Counted from the first letter of the stretch, positions 42,530-51,067 are shown. The stretch is 64,000 bases of DNA from an uncultured Alphaproteobacteria bacterium (GCA_951801825.1 CATOOF010000001.1:380132-444131); one strand, 5' to 3'. Numbers and translations: made by a program. Notes: generated by a model not told the origin, from the letters alone.

Positions 42530-42955
42530 TTACAAATTTACAATCTCAATATCCGGGAACTGGGTGGCGATATATTCAGCGGCGAGTCTGCGGTGACATT
42601 GTAAAGCGCTCTTCTCGGTGCAGAGTAAGCATATTCGGTCAAGGTCGGGCGGGGCGAGCCCATCGGTCGGATGGCGTGTGGTCAGCAATTCATGGTACAT
42701 ACGCTCATAATCAGGCCAGGTAATGCGGCCGTCTTTGTAGCCGGCAAGGATTTCGGTGCTTGGGGCGAATTCTGTATGGTATTCATATCGGTCGCCCAGT
42801 GCGGCGGCCAAATTTGTGCCGCTATAAAACGGAACAAAACGACTGGTGCGCCACAGCCGAATATCCCAAACGCAACTTGCTTGGGTCGCGTTCAGGATAT
42901 CCATAAAATCGTCGGGCTTTTTGCCACTGAAGCCAATCGTAAAAATCTTTGCCAT
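42530..42955 (-). CDS. DUF488 (YeaO-like) family protein
   Basis: MAKIFTIGFSGKKPDDF...DIRLWRTSR N-terminal block typical of DUF488. Confidence 0.55.
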   Translation of the reverse strand: MAKIFTIGFSGKKPDDFMDILNATQASCVWDIRLWRTSRFVPFYSGTNLAAALGDRYEYHTEFAPSTEILAGYKDGRITWPDYERMYHELLTTRHPTDGLAPPDLDRICLLCTEKSALQCHRRLAAEYIATQFPDIEIVNL

Positions 42956-42956
42956 A

Positions 42957-43259
42957 TCAGTACAAAAATAGCCCGTTTAGCATCAAATAGCAATGATTTT
43001 CCTGCATCAGGAACTTTCGTGCCAATCCTATGCGGCAATGAGCGTACTGACTGTTGGAAATAGCATTGTTCAGACTTTTGATGTCTTTATCTTTTTCAAA
43101 TATATCACGTAAGTACTTGCAACTGACCTTTAATTCATAGGTTTGTTTGGAATAGTCCGTAATACGGGCACGCAATTTACCGTCTTCTGTAAAGAATTCA
43201 ATATTGTGTGCCGGAATCAATATGGCACCTAACGAAGGACATTTGGTTTTCTGTGGCAC
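42957..43259 (-). CDS. Hypothetical protein (100 aa), translationally coupled upstream partner of DUF488
   Basis: Stop codon 1 nt before the DUF488 start. AT-rich. Confidence 0.35.
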   Translation of the reverse strand: MPQKTKCPSLGAILIPAHNIEFFTEDGKLRARITDYSKQTYELKVSCKYLRDIFEKDKDIKSLNNAISNSQYAHCRIGLARKFLMQENHCYLMLNGLFLY

Positions 43260-43418
43260 ATAGGCATTTTCTTTGACGTGGTGATGGAATATGCCTTGTG
43301 TGTCTTTTTCCTCTTATGTTTGTGCAATGAATGCTTACAAACCGAGTCGAGTCAAGATATTAAGTATTGCTTGTAGTTATATAGTTGTTTGCTATGATTA
43401 GACAAATGGGAGAAATTA

Positions 43419-44408
43419 ATGCCAACAACTCGACATACTTTTGTTTGTCCAATATATAATATTGATGTAGATAATGATGTTTTGGGTGTTGATTATAATG
43501 GTTATATAATTATTTCTGCATCTGAATTTCACGAAAATTATGTGTCTCAATTATATTGTGATAATATGGGATTATTGGATGATATAAAATTACCGCAGCT
43601 TGGTTCAATAGTTGACCGGCCCACGGCTCGGTATATTATAATTTCTTATATAGATTTAGAAGATGGCTATAACCAAGATGTTATATCAGCTAATAACAAA
43701 AAGATAGATGAATTCTTTTGTGGCTTTTGCTTCGTAATAATGGCATTGAGATGGTTAGCCCCTGGAAATATACAGGTAAATAATGCTTATGTTTTATCAA
43801 GCAGAAGTGCAAGAAGAAGAGATTTTGGGATTTCTACACCATTGTATGGGCTAAGTAATATGTATACTGAAGGAACCACTCTTTTGTTCCTTAATAATTA
43901 TAGAATAACAGATGTTCTTTTAAATAGAGCGATTGAGCTCGGACAGAAAATAATAGATAATTATAGTGCCATCGAATATCCAGCGGTATATTTTAATCAG
44001 TATTACCAAACATATCATTTGCAAGATAAATTAATAAAGTTAATGACTTTGCTTGAAACTAGTTTAATGGGAGATAGTCCGATTGAAAAGCAATACGCAT
44101 TAATTTGTCGTGGATGTTATTTTTTGAATAAAAATATCGGGTTAACCTTAAAATGTGCATATTCAATCAGAAGTGAATATTTACATTCTGGTGATATTAA
44201 GCAGAAAACAGGTAAAAAAATTCAACAAATTGTGAATAAGCAAAATGAATGGGAAGCTTTATTTGTTTTTATAACGGAGTATCTCGAATTTATTTCTAGA
44301 GAAGTTTTAAATAAGTTATTTTTAGAAATTCTGGCTACAGGACATAAAATAGACCAAATAGATCGCGATTTAGATGAGCAAATTTATGCCAAATTAAGTA
44401 GCTCCTAG
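43419..44408 (+). CDS. Hypothetical protein with a possible HEPN-type Rx4H motif (Abi-like)
   Basis: C-terminal segment CAYSIRSEYLHSG fits the Rx4-6H HEPN signature. AT-rich. Assignment tentative. Confidence 0.35.
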   Translation: MPTTRHTFVCPIYNIDVDNDVLGVDYNGYIIISASEFHENYVSQLYCDNMGLLDDIKLPQLGSIVDRPTARYIIISYIDLEDGYNQDVISANNKKIDEFFCGFCFVIMALRWLAPGNIQVNNAYVLSSRSARRRDFGISTPLYGLSNMYTEGTTLLFLNNYRITDVLLNRAIELGQKIIDNYSAIEYPAVYFNQYYQTYHLQDKLIKLMTLLETSLMGDSPIEKQYALICRGCYFLNKNIGLTLKCAYSIRSEYLHSGDIKQKTGKKIQQIVNKQNEWEALFVFITEYLEFISREVLNKLFLEILATGHKIDQIDRDLDEQIYAKLSSS

Positions 44409-44582
44409 TTTTGGGTATTTAATCAGTTGATTTAAGTAATTCTTTATGCGAAACTGAAATTGAACTTATTGGGAATTGGGTTCGGGATTTGCCCAGAGAC
44501 GGCGGAACATTCGCTTGTTAACACCAACTCCCCGACCGCCATTATCCCATGGCGGTTAAATATTATCTATGGGAAGTAAATA

Positions 44583-45485
44583 ATGTCACATGAAATTCTG
44601 TTGAAAGATATTTTGGATGGGATAAAGGTAGATTCGTCTGCAAATCGTCGGCGCAAGCTGCGTTTCAATACTTCATGGATTGATCAGGATACAAAGATAT
44701 TCAGAGATTTCCGGTCAATGTATATGGATAATGACGAATGTTTTGTGCCATGGACTTTGTCTACTCGGTCGAATAAGCAAAAAAGACTTAGTGACATTGA
44801 CACGGTTTTTCAGTTTATTGAAATAGAACCGCATAAATGGTTGTTTGTAGGCGCATATGAAATAATTGACTTGAATTTGTCTGCGTTTGACAAAGTTATT
44901 GGTAAACCATTTGATTATGCAAATGCAAAAAGATTGGCCGAATTTGATAAGTTATCTGACAGATTAGTGGTGGAACACACTAATACACCAAAGAAATTTT
45001 TTTATACTGATCCTAATATAATTGACAATGTAAAGGTTTATACTATTTTGCCGCGACCGTATCGCGGTTCTGCAGAAGAGTTTCCAGGATATGAAAATGT
45101 ATGTAAAGATTATAAATCATTGTCGCATTGTATAAAAGACTCTGCGTGGCATGATGCCCTATGCAATGTATATGGTGTATATGTTTTGACTGATACAAAA
45201 ACTGGGAAATTATATATCGGGTCTGCAACGGGGGCGGATGGAATATATGGCCGGTGGCAAACTTATCTGAAAAGGGGATATGATGATTCTGATAAAGACT
45301 ATCCGAATAAAAAATTGAAAGAGTTGGTAAAAAAAGAAGGTATTAAATATATCCAGGATAATTTTCAATACAGCATATTAGAAATTTTCCCAAAGACAGA
45401 TATTGGATGCAATAAAGCGTTAGAACGCGAAAGTTATTGGAAAAATGTATTCAAAACGCGTATGTTTGGATATAATGATAACTAG
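44583..45485 (+). CDS. GIY-YIG nuclease domain protein with an uncharacterised ~190-aa N-terminal domain
   Basis: C-terminal GVYVLTDTKTGKLYIGSATGADGIYGRW...ALERESYW...FGYN reproduces the GIY, YIG, Arg, Glu and Asn positions. Confidence 0.65.
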   Translation: MSHEILLKDILDGIKVDSSANRRRKLRFNTSWIDQDTKIFRDFRSMYMDNDECFVPWTLSTRSNKQKRLSDIDTVFQFIEIEPHKWLFVGAYEIIDLNLSAFDKVIGKPFDYANAKRLAEFDKLSDRLVVEHTNTPKKFFYTDPNIIDNVKVYTILPRPYRGSAEEFPGYENVCKDYKSLSHCIKDSAWHDALCNVYGVYVLTDTKTGKLYIGSATGADGIYGRWQTYLKRGYDDSDKDYPNKKLKELVKKEGIKYIQDNFQYSILEIFPKTDIGCNKALERESYWKNVFKTRMFGYNDN

Positions 45486-45569
45486 GAATATCTAATGCTG
45501 TCAAAAGAGAAATGGGCTTTAGAATAGGCAGAATACAAAGACGTTAGTTGTAACTTTGGATATACCATA

Positions 45570-45956
45570 TTGCATAAGACGGGTAATACAGAATACTTGT
45601 CGGGCGCGTTTCGCAGTGCATTTGCAGAATGGACGACATTTAAAGATATAGAAAGCATGGCGTCTTTTATCGCGCTGTTATTATCTAGCCGGGTATTGAT
45701 TGAAGTTGATGTTTTATCAGCAGAGATATTTCCAGAACTGGAGCAATCTAAAATATTACAGTTTGCGCCGGGAATGTTAGATACATCAACCTTTCAATAT
45801 ATGGCTTTTAATGATGCAATGGCTGTGCCGGAAGTTCGTGATATAGAGGCAGGCGTTGGCCCATGTTTATCTATTTTTACCGCTTTGCCAGAATTGCGCG
45901 AAATCCAAGATTTGGATAAGCGAATATTTATATATGTTGATTTTAGACGCGTTTAG
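45570..45956 (+). CDS. Hypothetical protein (128 aa). GC higher than its neighbours.
   Basis: Clean ORF, convergent with the ParB-like gene. Confidence 0.4.
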   Translation: MHKTGNTEYLSGAFRSAFAEWTTFKDIESMASFIALLLSSRVLIEVDVLSAEIFPELEQSKILQFAPGMLDTSTFQYMAFNDAMAVPEVRDIEAGVGPCLSIFTALPELREIQDLDKRIFIYVDFRRV

Positions 45957-45979
45957 GATTGGTTGTGCCGGCCAAGCCG

Positions 45980-46471
45980 TCAGATGTCGCCCCGGTGGCA
46001 CTGCTGGTCTTCGTCAGTCAGCGCGGGAATGGCATCCGCTTTCGGATCACTTGCTCCATCACCGTCCAGAATTAGGTCAATCTCGGCGGTCTCAAAACCG
46101 GAGATTTCCAGATTGAAATCCAGGTCCAGGTTGCTCAATTCACTGAATTCCAGATTCAACAATTCGATACTCCATTTGCCGAGTTCCGTAAGTTTGTTGT
46201 CCGCGATGCGGTACGCGCGTTTTTGTGCATCCGTCAGATGCGACAGAATAATTGCCGGCACTTCGATCATGCCGGCATCCTTGGCCGCCGCCACGCGCCC
46301 ATGCCCGGTGATGATTTCCAGATTCTCGTCCAGCAAGACCGGATTGATAAACCCGAACTCGCGGATGGATTCGCGTATTTTTGCGACTTGGACTTTGGTA
46401 TGCAGCTTCGGGTTGTTTTTGTACGCCCGAATGTCAGTTATTTTTATGTTTTGGATTTGTAAGTTGGTCAT
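45980..46471 (-). CDS. ParB-like nuclease domain protein (ParB/Srx N-terminal domain only)
   Basis: IREFGFINPVLLDENLEIITGHGRVAAAKDAG contains the ParB GxxR box. ATG 46471 has a GGAG SD; ORF-track 46582 is an upstream extension. ~50% GC inside an AT-rich island. Confidence 0.6.
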   Translation of the reverse strand: MTNLQIQNIKITDIRAYKNNPKLHTKVQVAKIRESIREFGFINPVLLDENLEIITGHGRVAAAKDAGMIEVPAIILSHLTDAQKRAYRIADNKLTELGKWSIELLNLEFSELSNLDLDFNLEISGFETAEIDLILDGDGASDPKADAIPALTDEDQQCHRGDI

Positions 46472-46687
46472 TAGACACTCCGTATAAGTTTTGTTAATCA
46501 TCACTATAAATTTTTTATAGGGGGGTATATATATGGAAAAGTGAAAGTTTACTTGAGTGTTCGCGCCACGAAACCTATACACTTTCCCTCTTATAAGGCG
46601 ATCTGAAAGTTTATGTTTTGATATATGGCTAAAAATAATGTGTTATACTTGAAAAAATGGCTGGTGTGATATATATAGAAATATACT

Positions 46688-48265
46688 ATGAGAATTAATA
46701 AGTCGGCGGGTTTAAACGAGTCAGAGCATCGTCTTGTAAAACTAGGCGAGAAGGTTTTTATGGGATTATGGAGTTATCCTAATCCCAAAATAAAAACCTC
46801 ATCAGGAACCCCGGAATTATGTGATTTGTTAGTTGTTTGTGGTAATAATGTACTAGTTTTCTCAGATAAAGATATCAAATTCAATGAGGATAAAGACTTA
46901 TTAGTGGCTTGGCGCAGATGGGAGCGGAAAGCTATATTAAAATCGATAAATCAGTTAAGACATGCCGAAAATATTATAAAAGATCATCCAGAAAAAATAT
47001 TATTGAATGATACAGATCCTTTTCCTTTGTCATTTCCTGCAAAGAGGGATTTAAAAATACGTTTAATATGTGTGGCAAATGGGGTAGCGGAAGCGTGTAA
47101 AAGATATTTTGGTAAAGGCTGTACAGGAAGTTTAAAATTTTCTAACTTAAACGGTTATACTCAGGTGTCAGATAAGGACTTGTCTAAGTTACCTGTTAAG
47201 GAAAGAGAAGAGTATAAAGAGAGTACGATATTCACTATAGCTGATTATGATTCATTAAAAACCTTTGTACATGTTTTTGATGATTATTCTTTCCCGTTTG
47301 TTTTACAGGAATTAGATACATTGACGGATTTCGTTAAATATTTGGAAGAAAAGGAGCGTTTTATAAGATCTGGGGTTGCGGTATGTTATACTGGCGAAGA
47401 GGATTTATTATACAATTATTTAAAAGAGTTTGATGAAGAACGCAATTGTCATACATTTGTAAATCCAAAAGAAACTAATGCAAATGTATTTATGTTTATG
47501 GAAGAGGATTGGAATTCATTTAAACAGTCCCAACAATATATTGCTCGTATAAAAGCTAACCAAAAAAGCTATTTCTGGGATCAGCTTGTTCAACATAATG
47601 CCCAATGTACATTGGCCGGTATTACTAAAATTTTTGCTACTGCGTCAGCAGACTGTGATATTGCTTTTCGGTATATGGCGCTAGAGGATCGATTGTCGCG
47701 CAGAGCATTTTCCGATAGAATGATAGCTGCAATCAGCAATTTCCCCGATAATTATACGCCAGACAATCACTATATGAGTGCATTTTTCTCTTTTGTGAAT
47801 GATGGATTATTGTACATATTTTTACAAATTCCCAAGGAAAACAACAGTTCTCATGGTGATTACTTAAAAGCTAGACGTGATAAAATGCAAATTTACGCCA
47901 ACTGTGCCAAAGCTAGATGTGAAATAGAGGGTAAGTTTGTAGACAAGGTTATATGTATTGCAACTGAGCCGATGAGAATTGTGAAAAATGTTGATATAGA
48001 CATAATGCTAATGGATATTAAAGAATGGAATACAGAACTACAGAACCATTGGGAATCGGCACGTCGAAACTTAAACATATTTAGAAAATCATTTAAAGAT
48101 CTGCAGCATGCAAAAGAAAAAGAATGGCCTGAGTCTCCGATTTTTGTGCAAAAACGAACTAAAAAGATAGGTCAAAATGATAAATGTCCATGTGGTAGTG
48201 GATTAAAATACAAGAAGTGCTGCGGAAGTGTTTTGAAACCCAAAAAACAAATACCTTACATATAA
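46688..48265 (+). CDS. NERD-like nuclease-related domain protein with a C-terminal SEC-C metal-binding motif
   Basis: N-terminus GEKVFMGLWS...ELCDLLVVCGNNVLVFSDKDIKF matches the NERD pattern (E...ExDhvvv...vfvxExK). The terminal CPCGSGLKYKKCCG is a SEC-C motif. Confidence 0.5.
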   Translation: MRINKSAGLNESEHRLVKLGEKVFMGLWSYPNPKIKTSSGTPELCDLLVVCGNNVLVFSDKDIKFNEDKDLLVAWRRWERKAILKSINQLRHAENIIKDHPEKILLNDTDPFPLSFPAKRDLKIRLICVANGVAEACKRYFGKGCTGSLKFSNLNGYTQVSDKDLSKLPVKEREEYKESTIFTIADYDSLKTFVHVFDDYSFPFVLQELDTLTDFVKYLEEKERFIRSGVAVCYTGEEDLLYNYLKEFDEERNCHTFVNPKETNANVFMFMEEDWNSFKQSQQYIARIKANQKSYFWDQLVQHNAQCTLAGITKIFATASADCDIAFRYMALEDRLSRRAFSDRMIAAISNFPDNYTPDNHYMSAFFSFVNDGLLYIFLQIPKENNSSHGDYLKARRDKMQIYANCAKARCEIEGKFVDKVICIATEPMRIVKNVDIDIMLMDIKEWNTELQNHWESARRNLNIFRKSFKDLQHAKEKEWPESPIFVQKRTKKIGQNDKCPCGSGLKYKKCCGSVLKPKKQIPYI

Positions 48266-48277
48266 ATAGGATGTAAG

Positions 48278-48454
48278 ATGCCGGTTTTTAATAGAAATGG
48301 AGAAGTGATAGGTGTAATTACAGAAACGCCAGATCCAGAAGGTGATTATGATAAATTTGGTTACGGGGTAGCAATTCCTATGGAATATATAGAACAGCTA
48401 GAAAATGAATATGATAGAAAAATAACTTTTATGGATGATATTAATTGTGTGTAA
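48278..48454 (+). pseudogene. Trypsin-fold protease C-terminal fragment, in frame with and separated by a single TAA from the preceding gene
   Basis: IGCKMPVFNRNGEVIGVIT...GYGVAIP parallels the GNSGGPLVNLNGEVIGINT...GIGFAIP block of HtrA/S1 proteases with Ser replaced by Cys. There is no upstream His/Asp region, so it is likely a remnant. Confidence 0.35.
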
Positions 48455-48487
48455 TTAAAATTATCTTTATAACTAATCGTTATTATA

Positions 48488-49873
48488 TTAATAAAATCCA
48501 AATTTTAATTTCCTATTCTCTATTTCTGATTGTAGCATATCAAAATTGAAATCAGAACGATTTATATTTTTATAAAATTTTAGTAAATGATAATGAAAAG
48601 AATTGTGAAATGTCTTTTTTATCATACTATCTAACAAAGTAATATAGTAATCTTCTCTGTTAAGCTCTTTCATTATTTTATATACATTAGATAGTCTAAA
48701 ATCCGGAGAATCTGCAAGAATAGTTTCATCTAGTATAGATGTAATAGTTGGTTCTAATAGTTCATTTTCAAGAAAGTTTATTCCTTTTTTCACTAATAGT
48801 GTAATTATTCGTTTTATCACTCTATCAGATCTAAATGCATATTTTTTCATTTTGTAGTCAAAGAACTCTCTAACAGCAGAATTAAAATTTTCTTTTGTGG
48901 TATCGTCGGATAAGCAACTAATAATATCAAAAGCTTGGTAAATTCTATATTCTGATGCTTTCATAATATGAACTTTACCAACATTTATATTAAGTCCAAT
49001 CTTATATAAAATTTTGGATGCTTCAAAGATATGTTTTTCTGCGGTATACTTATCGTTGCTAAATATTGCCATATCATCAGCAAAACGTATATAAGAAGAA
49101 CCGGAAGCTTGTGTTAAGTTAAATATGCGTTTGTCAAATTCTCTCAGATAAAAATTTGCAAGCTGTCTGGAACAATCGCCGACTTCGTCTTGCGGTATGC
49201 CGGTATGTCGACTAAAATATCCGTCAAAAGGTTTGTTCCAGTAATGTAAAAAGTACATTAGTAAATCAAGTTCATTGCTAAGAGTATTGGGTATTTTATG
49301 GCGCAGGCGTTTTTCTAATAAATCAACTTTTATATTGTCATAGAAGTTAGCTATATCAAATATTGCTACATAAAAATCCTCTCCGAATTTTGATTGATAA
49401 TCTAAAAATACGGAATATGCTTTTCTGGTATATTCATTCCATTCGTTCAACCATGCTCGAATATCTATTGCTGCAGCTGGAAAGTATTGGATTGTATCCA
49501 ACATAAGAAGGTCTTCAAAATTTTCTATTTCTTTAATTGGATTGCTAAATCTCCAGCCGCCAAATGTTCCTTGTGTCCTATCTTTTATGTCGCATATGTA
49601 ATCTTGGAGTTTGTTTAAACAGTAAAAATATGCACAATAGTCTGTAAATTCAAACGTTGGTACTATTCTGGCGACATTACCACCTTTGTTAAATATTATA
49701 TAGTCTCTTGGAATTGTCGGTTGATATGTATTGTTTGAGATGTCGTTATACAAATTAGATAAACCGGTTTGTATATCAATAAGAGGAAACTCTATTAGGG
49801 ATTGTTTTTTTACATGTTTTGCAAAAGGTAACATTGAAGCGATAAACTCAGACTTAGTTTCATGAATTTGCAT
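48488..49873 (-). CDS. Reverse transcriptase of the Abi/retron/DRT-like (non-intron, non-LTR) type, 461 aa
   Basis: RT motifs 1-2 (IFNKGGNVARIVP), A (VAIFDIANFYDNI), B' (GIPQDEVGDCSRQLANFYL), C (YIRFADDMAIFS), D (KIGLNINVGKVHI). ~140-aa alpha-helical C-terminal extension. No maturase or endonuclease domains. Confidence 0.75.
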   Translation of the reverse strand: MQIHETKSEFIASMLPFAKHVKKQSLIEFPLIDIQTGLSNLYNDISNNTYQPTIPRDYIIFNKGGNVARIVPTFEFTDYCAYFYCLNKLQDYICDIKDRTQGTFGGWRFSNPIKEIENFEDLLMLDTIQYFPAAAIDIRAWLNEWNEYTRKAYSVFLDYQSKFGEDFYVAIFDIANFYDNIKVDLLEKRLRHKIPNTLSNELDLLMYFLHYWNKPFDGYFSRHTGIPQDEVGDCSRQLANFYLREFDKRIFNLTQASGSSYIRFADDMAIFSNDKYTAEKHIFEASKILYKIGLNINVGKVHIMKASEYRIYQAFDIISCLSDDTTKENFNSAVREFFDYKMKKYAFRSDRVIKRIITLLVKKGINFLENELLEPTITSILDETILADSPDFRLSNVYKIMKELNREDYYITLLDSMIKKTFHNSFHYHLLKFYKNINRSDFNFDMLQSEIENRKLKFGFY

Positions 49874-50199
49874 AAATTTCCTCTTTTCTGGAATTATAAT
49901 AGGAAAGTGTTTGGTGGTCCAGAATATAGTTATACCTTGAGAGGTATATCAAAAACTTATGAAGCTGATATGTGTTGCCATAATTATGCCGGGTGTTGCG
50001 CCAATAATCATCAATAGTACCTAAATTTTCCCAGATAATACAAAATATTGCTAATTTGTGAGCCGAGATTAGCGATAAGTTTTTATGTTCGTATTCGAAA
50101 AAGTGAATAAAATCGCGTAGTTTTTCGGTTTGTATTCAAAATAATTTGATGGTTTTGCAATGATTTTTAGGTTGTCGCCAAATAATGGCAATCTATACC

Positions 50200-50390
50200 T
50201 TGGCGGGGGTGGGGCGGGGATGTTCCCTGATGTGGGCGGGTGAAATCCCTGTTCCTAATATAAAAATTCCCTGTTATTTTTGTGGGAAATTTTGTGAAAG
50301 TCCCGGAAATCGGGTGCAACGGGTGAAAACGGGGGCGCCGAGATGCCGAAAGTTCCCTGTTAATCCCTGTATTTTGTTGTATGGCGTTTG
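50200..50390 (+). repeat. Locally GC-rich array of five TCCCTGT(T) direct repeats (starts 50224, 50246, 50268, 50354, 50364; spacings 22, 22, 86, 10 nt) interleaved with three GGGTGAAA motifs
   Basis: Read directly from the sequence. The overlapping ORFs 50185..50439 (+) and 50167..50532 (-) are judged non-coding. Confidence 0.6.
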
Positions 50391-50450
50391 CCGTAGAATA
50401 TTGGTGCGCCGTCAGGAATATATTATTGAAATTGCTTAATCTTTTTACAA

Positions 50451-50485
50451 AACATCCGATGTCTGTCGGATGTTCTTTTATAGGT
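50451..50485. terminator. Bidirectional intrinsic terminator (AACATCCGA/TCGGATGTT 9-bp stem, 6-nt loop, T/A runs either side)
   Basis: Perfect inverted repeat followed by CTTTTATA on the plus strand and preceded by TTTTTACAAA. Confidence 0.65.
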
Positions 50486-50557
50486 TTTAAGGGCCAAATT
50501 CGACTTTTGTGGGGGTAAAAATAAACAGGCAACAGTTGTTATAAAAATGAAAACATT

Positions 50558-51067
50558 GTGTTTACGCCCAACACCCCAGCTGAAAAAGCAACATTTGAAA
50601 AGCCGGTTAATACAATGCCTGGTTACTATGCGGTATTTGATGACAAGCAATTTACATTGTATGTGGATGATAAACCGGTAATATCATGGGATGCTGTATC
50701 TGGTCGTTCCGGTTACCAAAGCCCAGAATGTCAAGACCAAAAATCCACAGGGCCAATCCCAGAAGGGACGTATGTTGCAAGACAGGAAAAACTACAGTTT
50801 ATGTCTGCTACAGATTGGCTTATTGGCTGGACGACTAAAGTTACTGATAGGGGTGTTTGGCCCGGGTCTTCAATGTCTTGGGGAAGCTCGCGTGTCTGGT
50901 TAGAACCATCAAAAGAAACAAATACGTTTGGTCGAGGTGGTTTCAGTATTCATGGTGGCGAGGAGCCCGGTTCTGCTGGTTGCATTGATCTAACAAGTGA
51001 AATGCCAGGGTTTGCAGATTGGTTCAAAAAGAATGGAAAAGATTTAATTATTAAAGTAGAGTATTAA
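50558..51067 (+). CDS. DUF2778/Tlde1-like L,D-transpeptidase-fold protein (candidate peptidoglycan-targeting toxin)
   Basis: GRGGFSIHGGEEPGSAGCIDL has the His...Ser-x-Gly-Cys catalytic arrangement of YkuD/Tlde1 domains. Start uncertain (GTG 50558 or ATG 50615). Confidence 0.6.
   Translation: MFTPNTPAEKATFEKPVNTMPGYYAVFDDKQFTLYVDDKPVISWDAVSGRSGYQSPECQDQKSTGPIPEGTYVARQEKLQFMSATDWLIGWTTKVTDRGVWPGSSMSWGSSRVWLEPSKETNTFGRGGFSIHGGEEPGSAGCIDLTSEMPGFADWFKKNGKDLIIKVEY

Noticed and set aside
48488-49873. Group II intron or DGR reverse transcriptase
   Set aside because: No maturase/X, D or En domains. No intron domain V/VI-like RNA structure flanking. No template/variable repeat pair nearby.
49874-50160. 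Retron msr/msd ncRNA immediately upstream of the RT
   Set aside because: Only short AT-rich hairpins (TATACCT-TGAG-AGGTATA; GCTAAT...ATTAGC) were seen. No convincing a1/a2 inverted repeats or conserved branching-G context. It cannot be excluded without RNA data.
50200-50390. CRISPR array
   Set aside because: The repeat core is only 6-9 nt, spacing is irregular (22/22/86/10), and no cas genes are present.
50167-50532. ORFs 50185..50439 (+) and 50167..50532 (-) over the GC-rich repeat array
   Set aside because: Products are Gly/Pro/Arg-rich and driven by the repeats. One spans a perfect terminator hairpin. The region is interpreted as non-coding.
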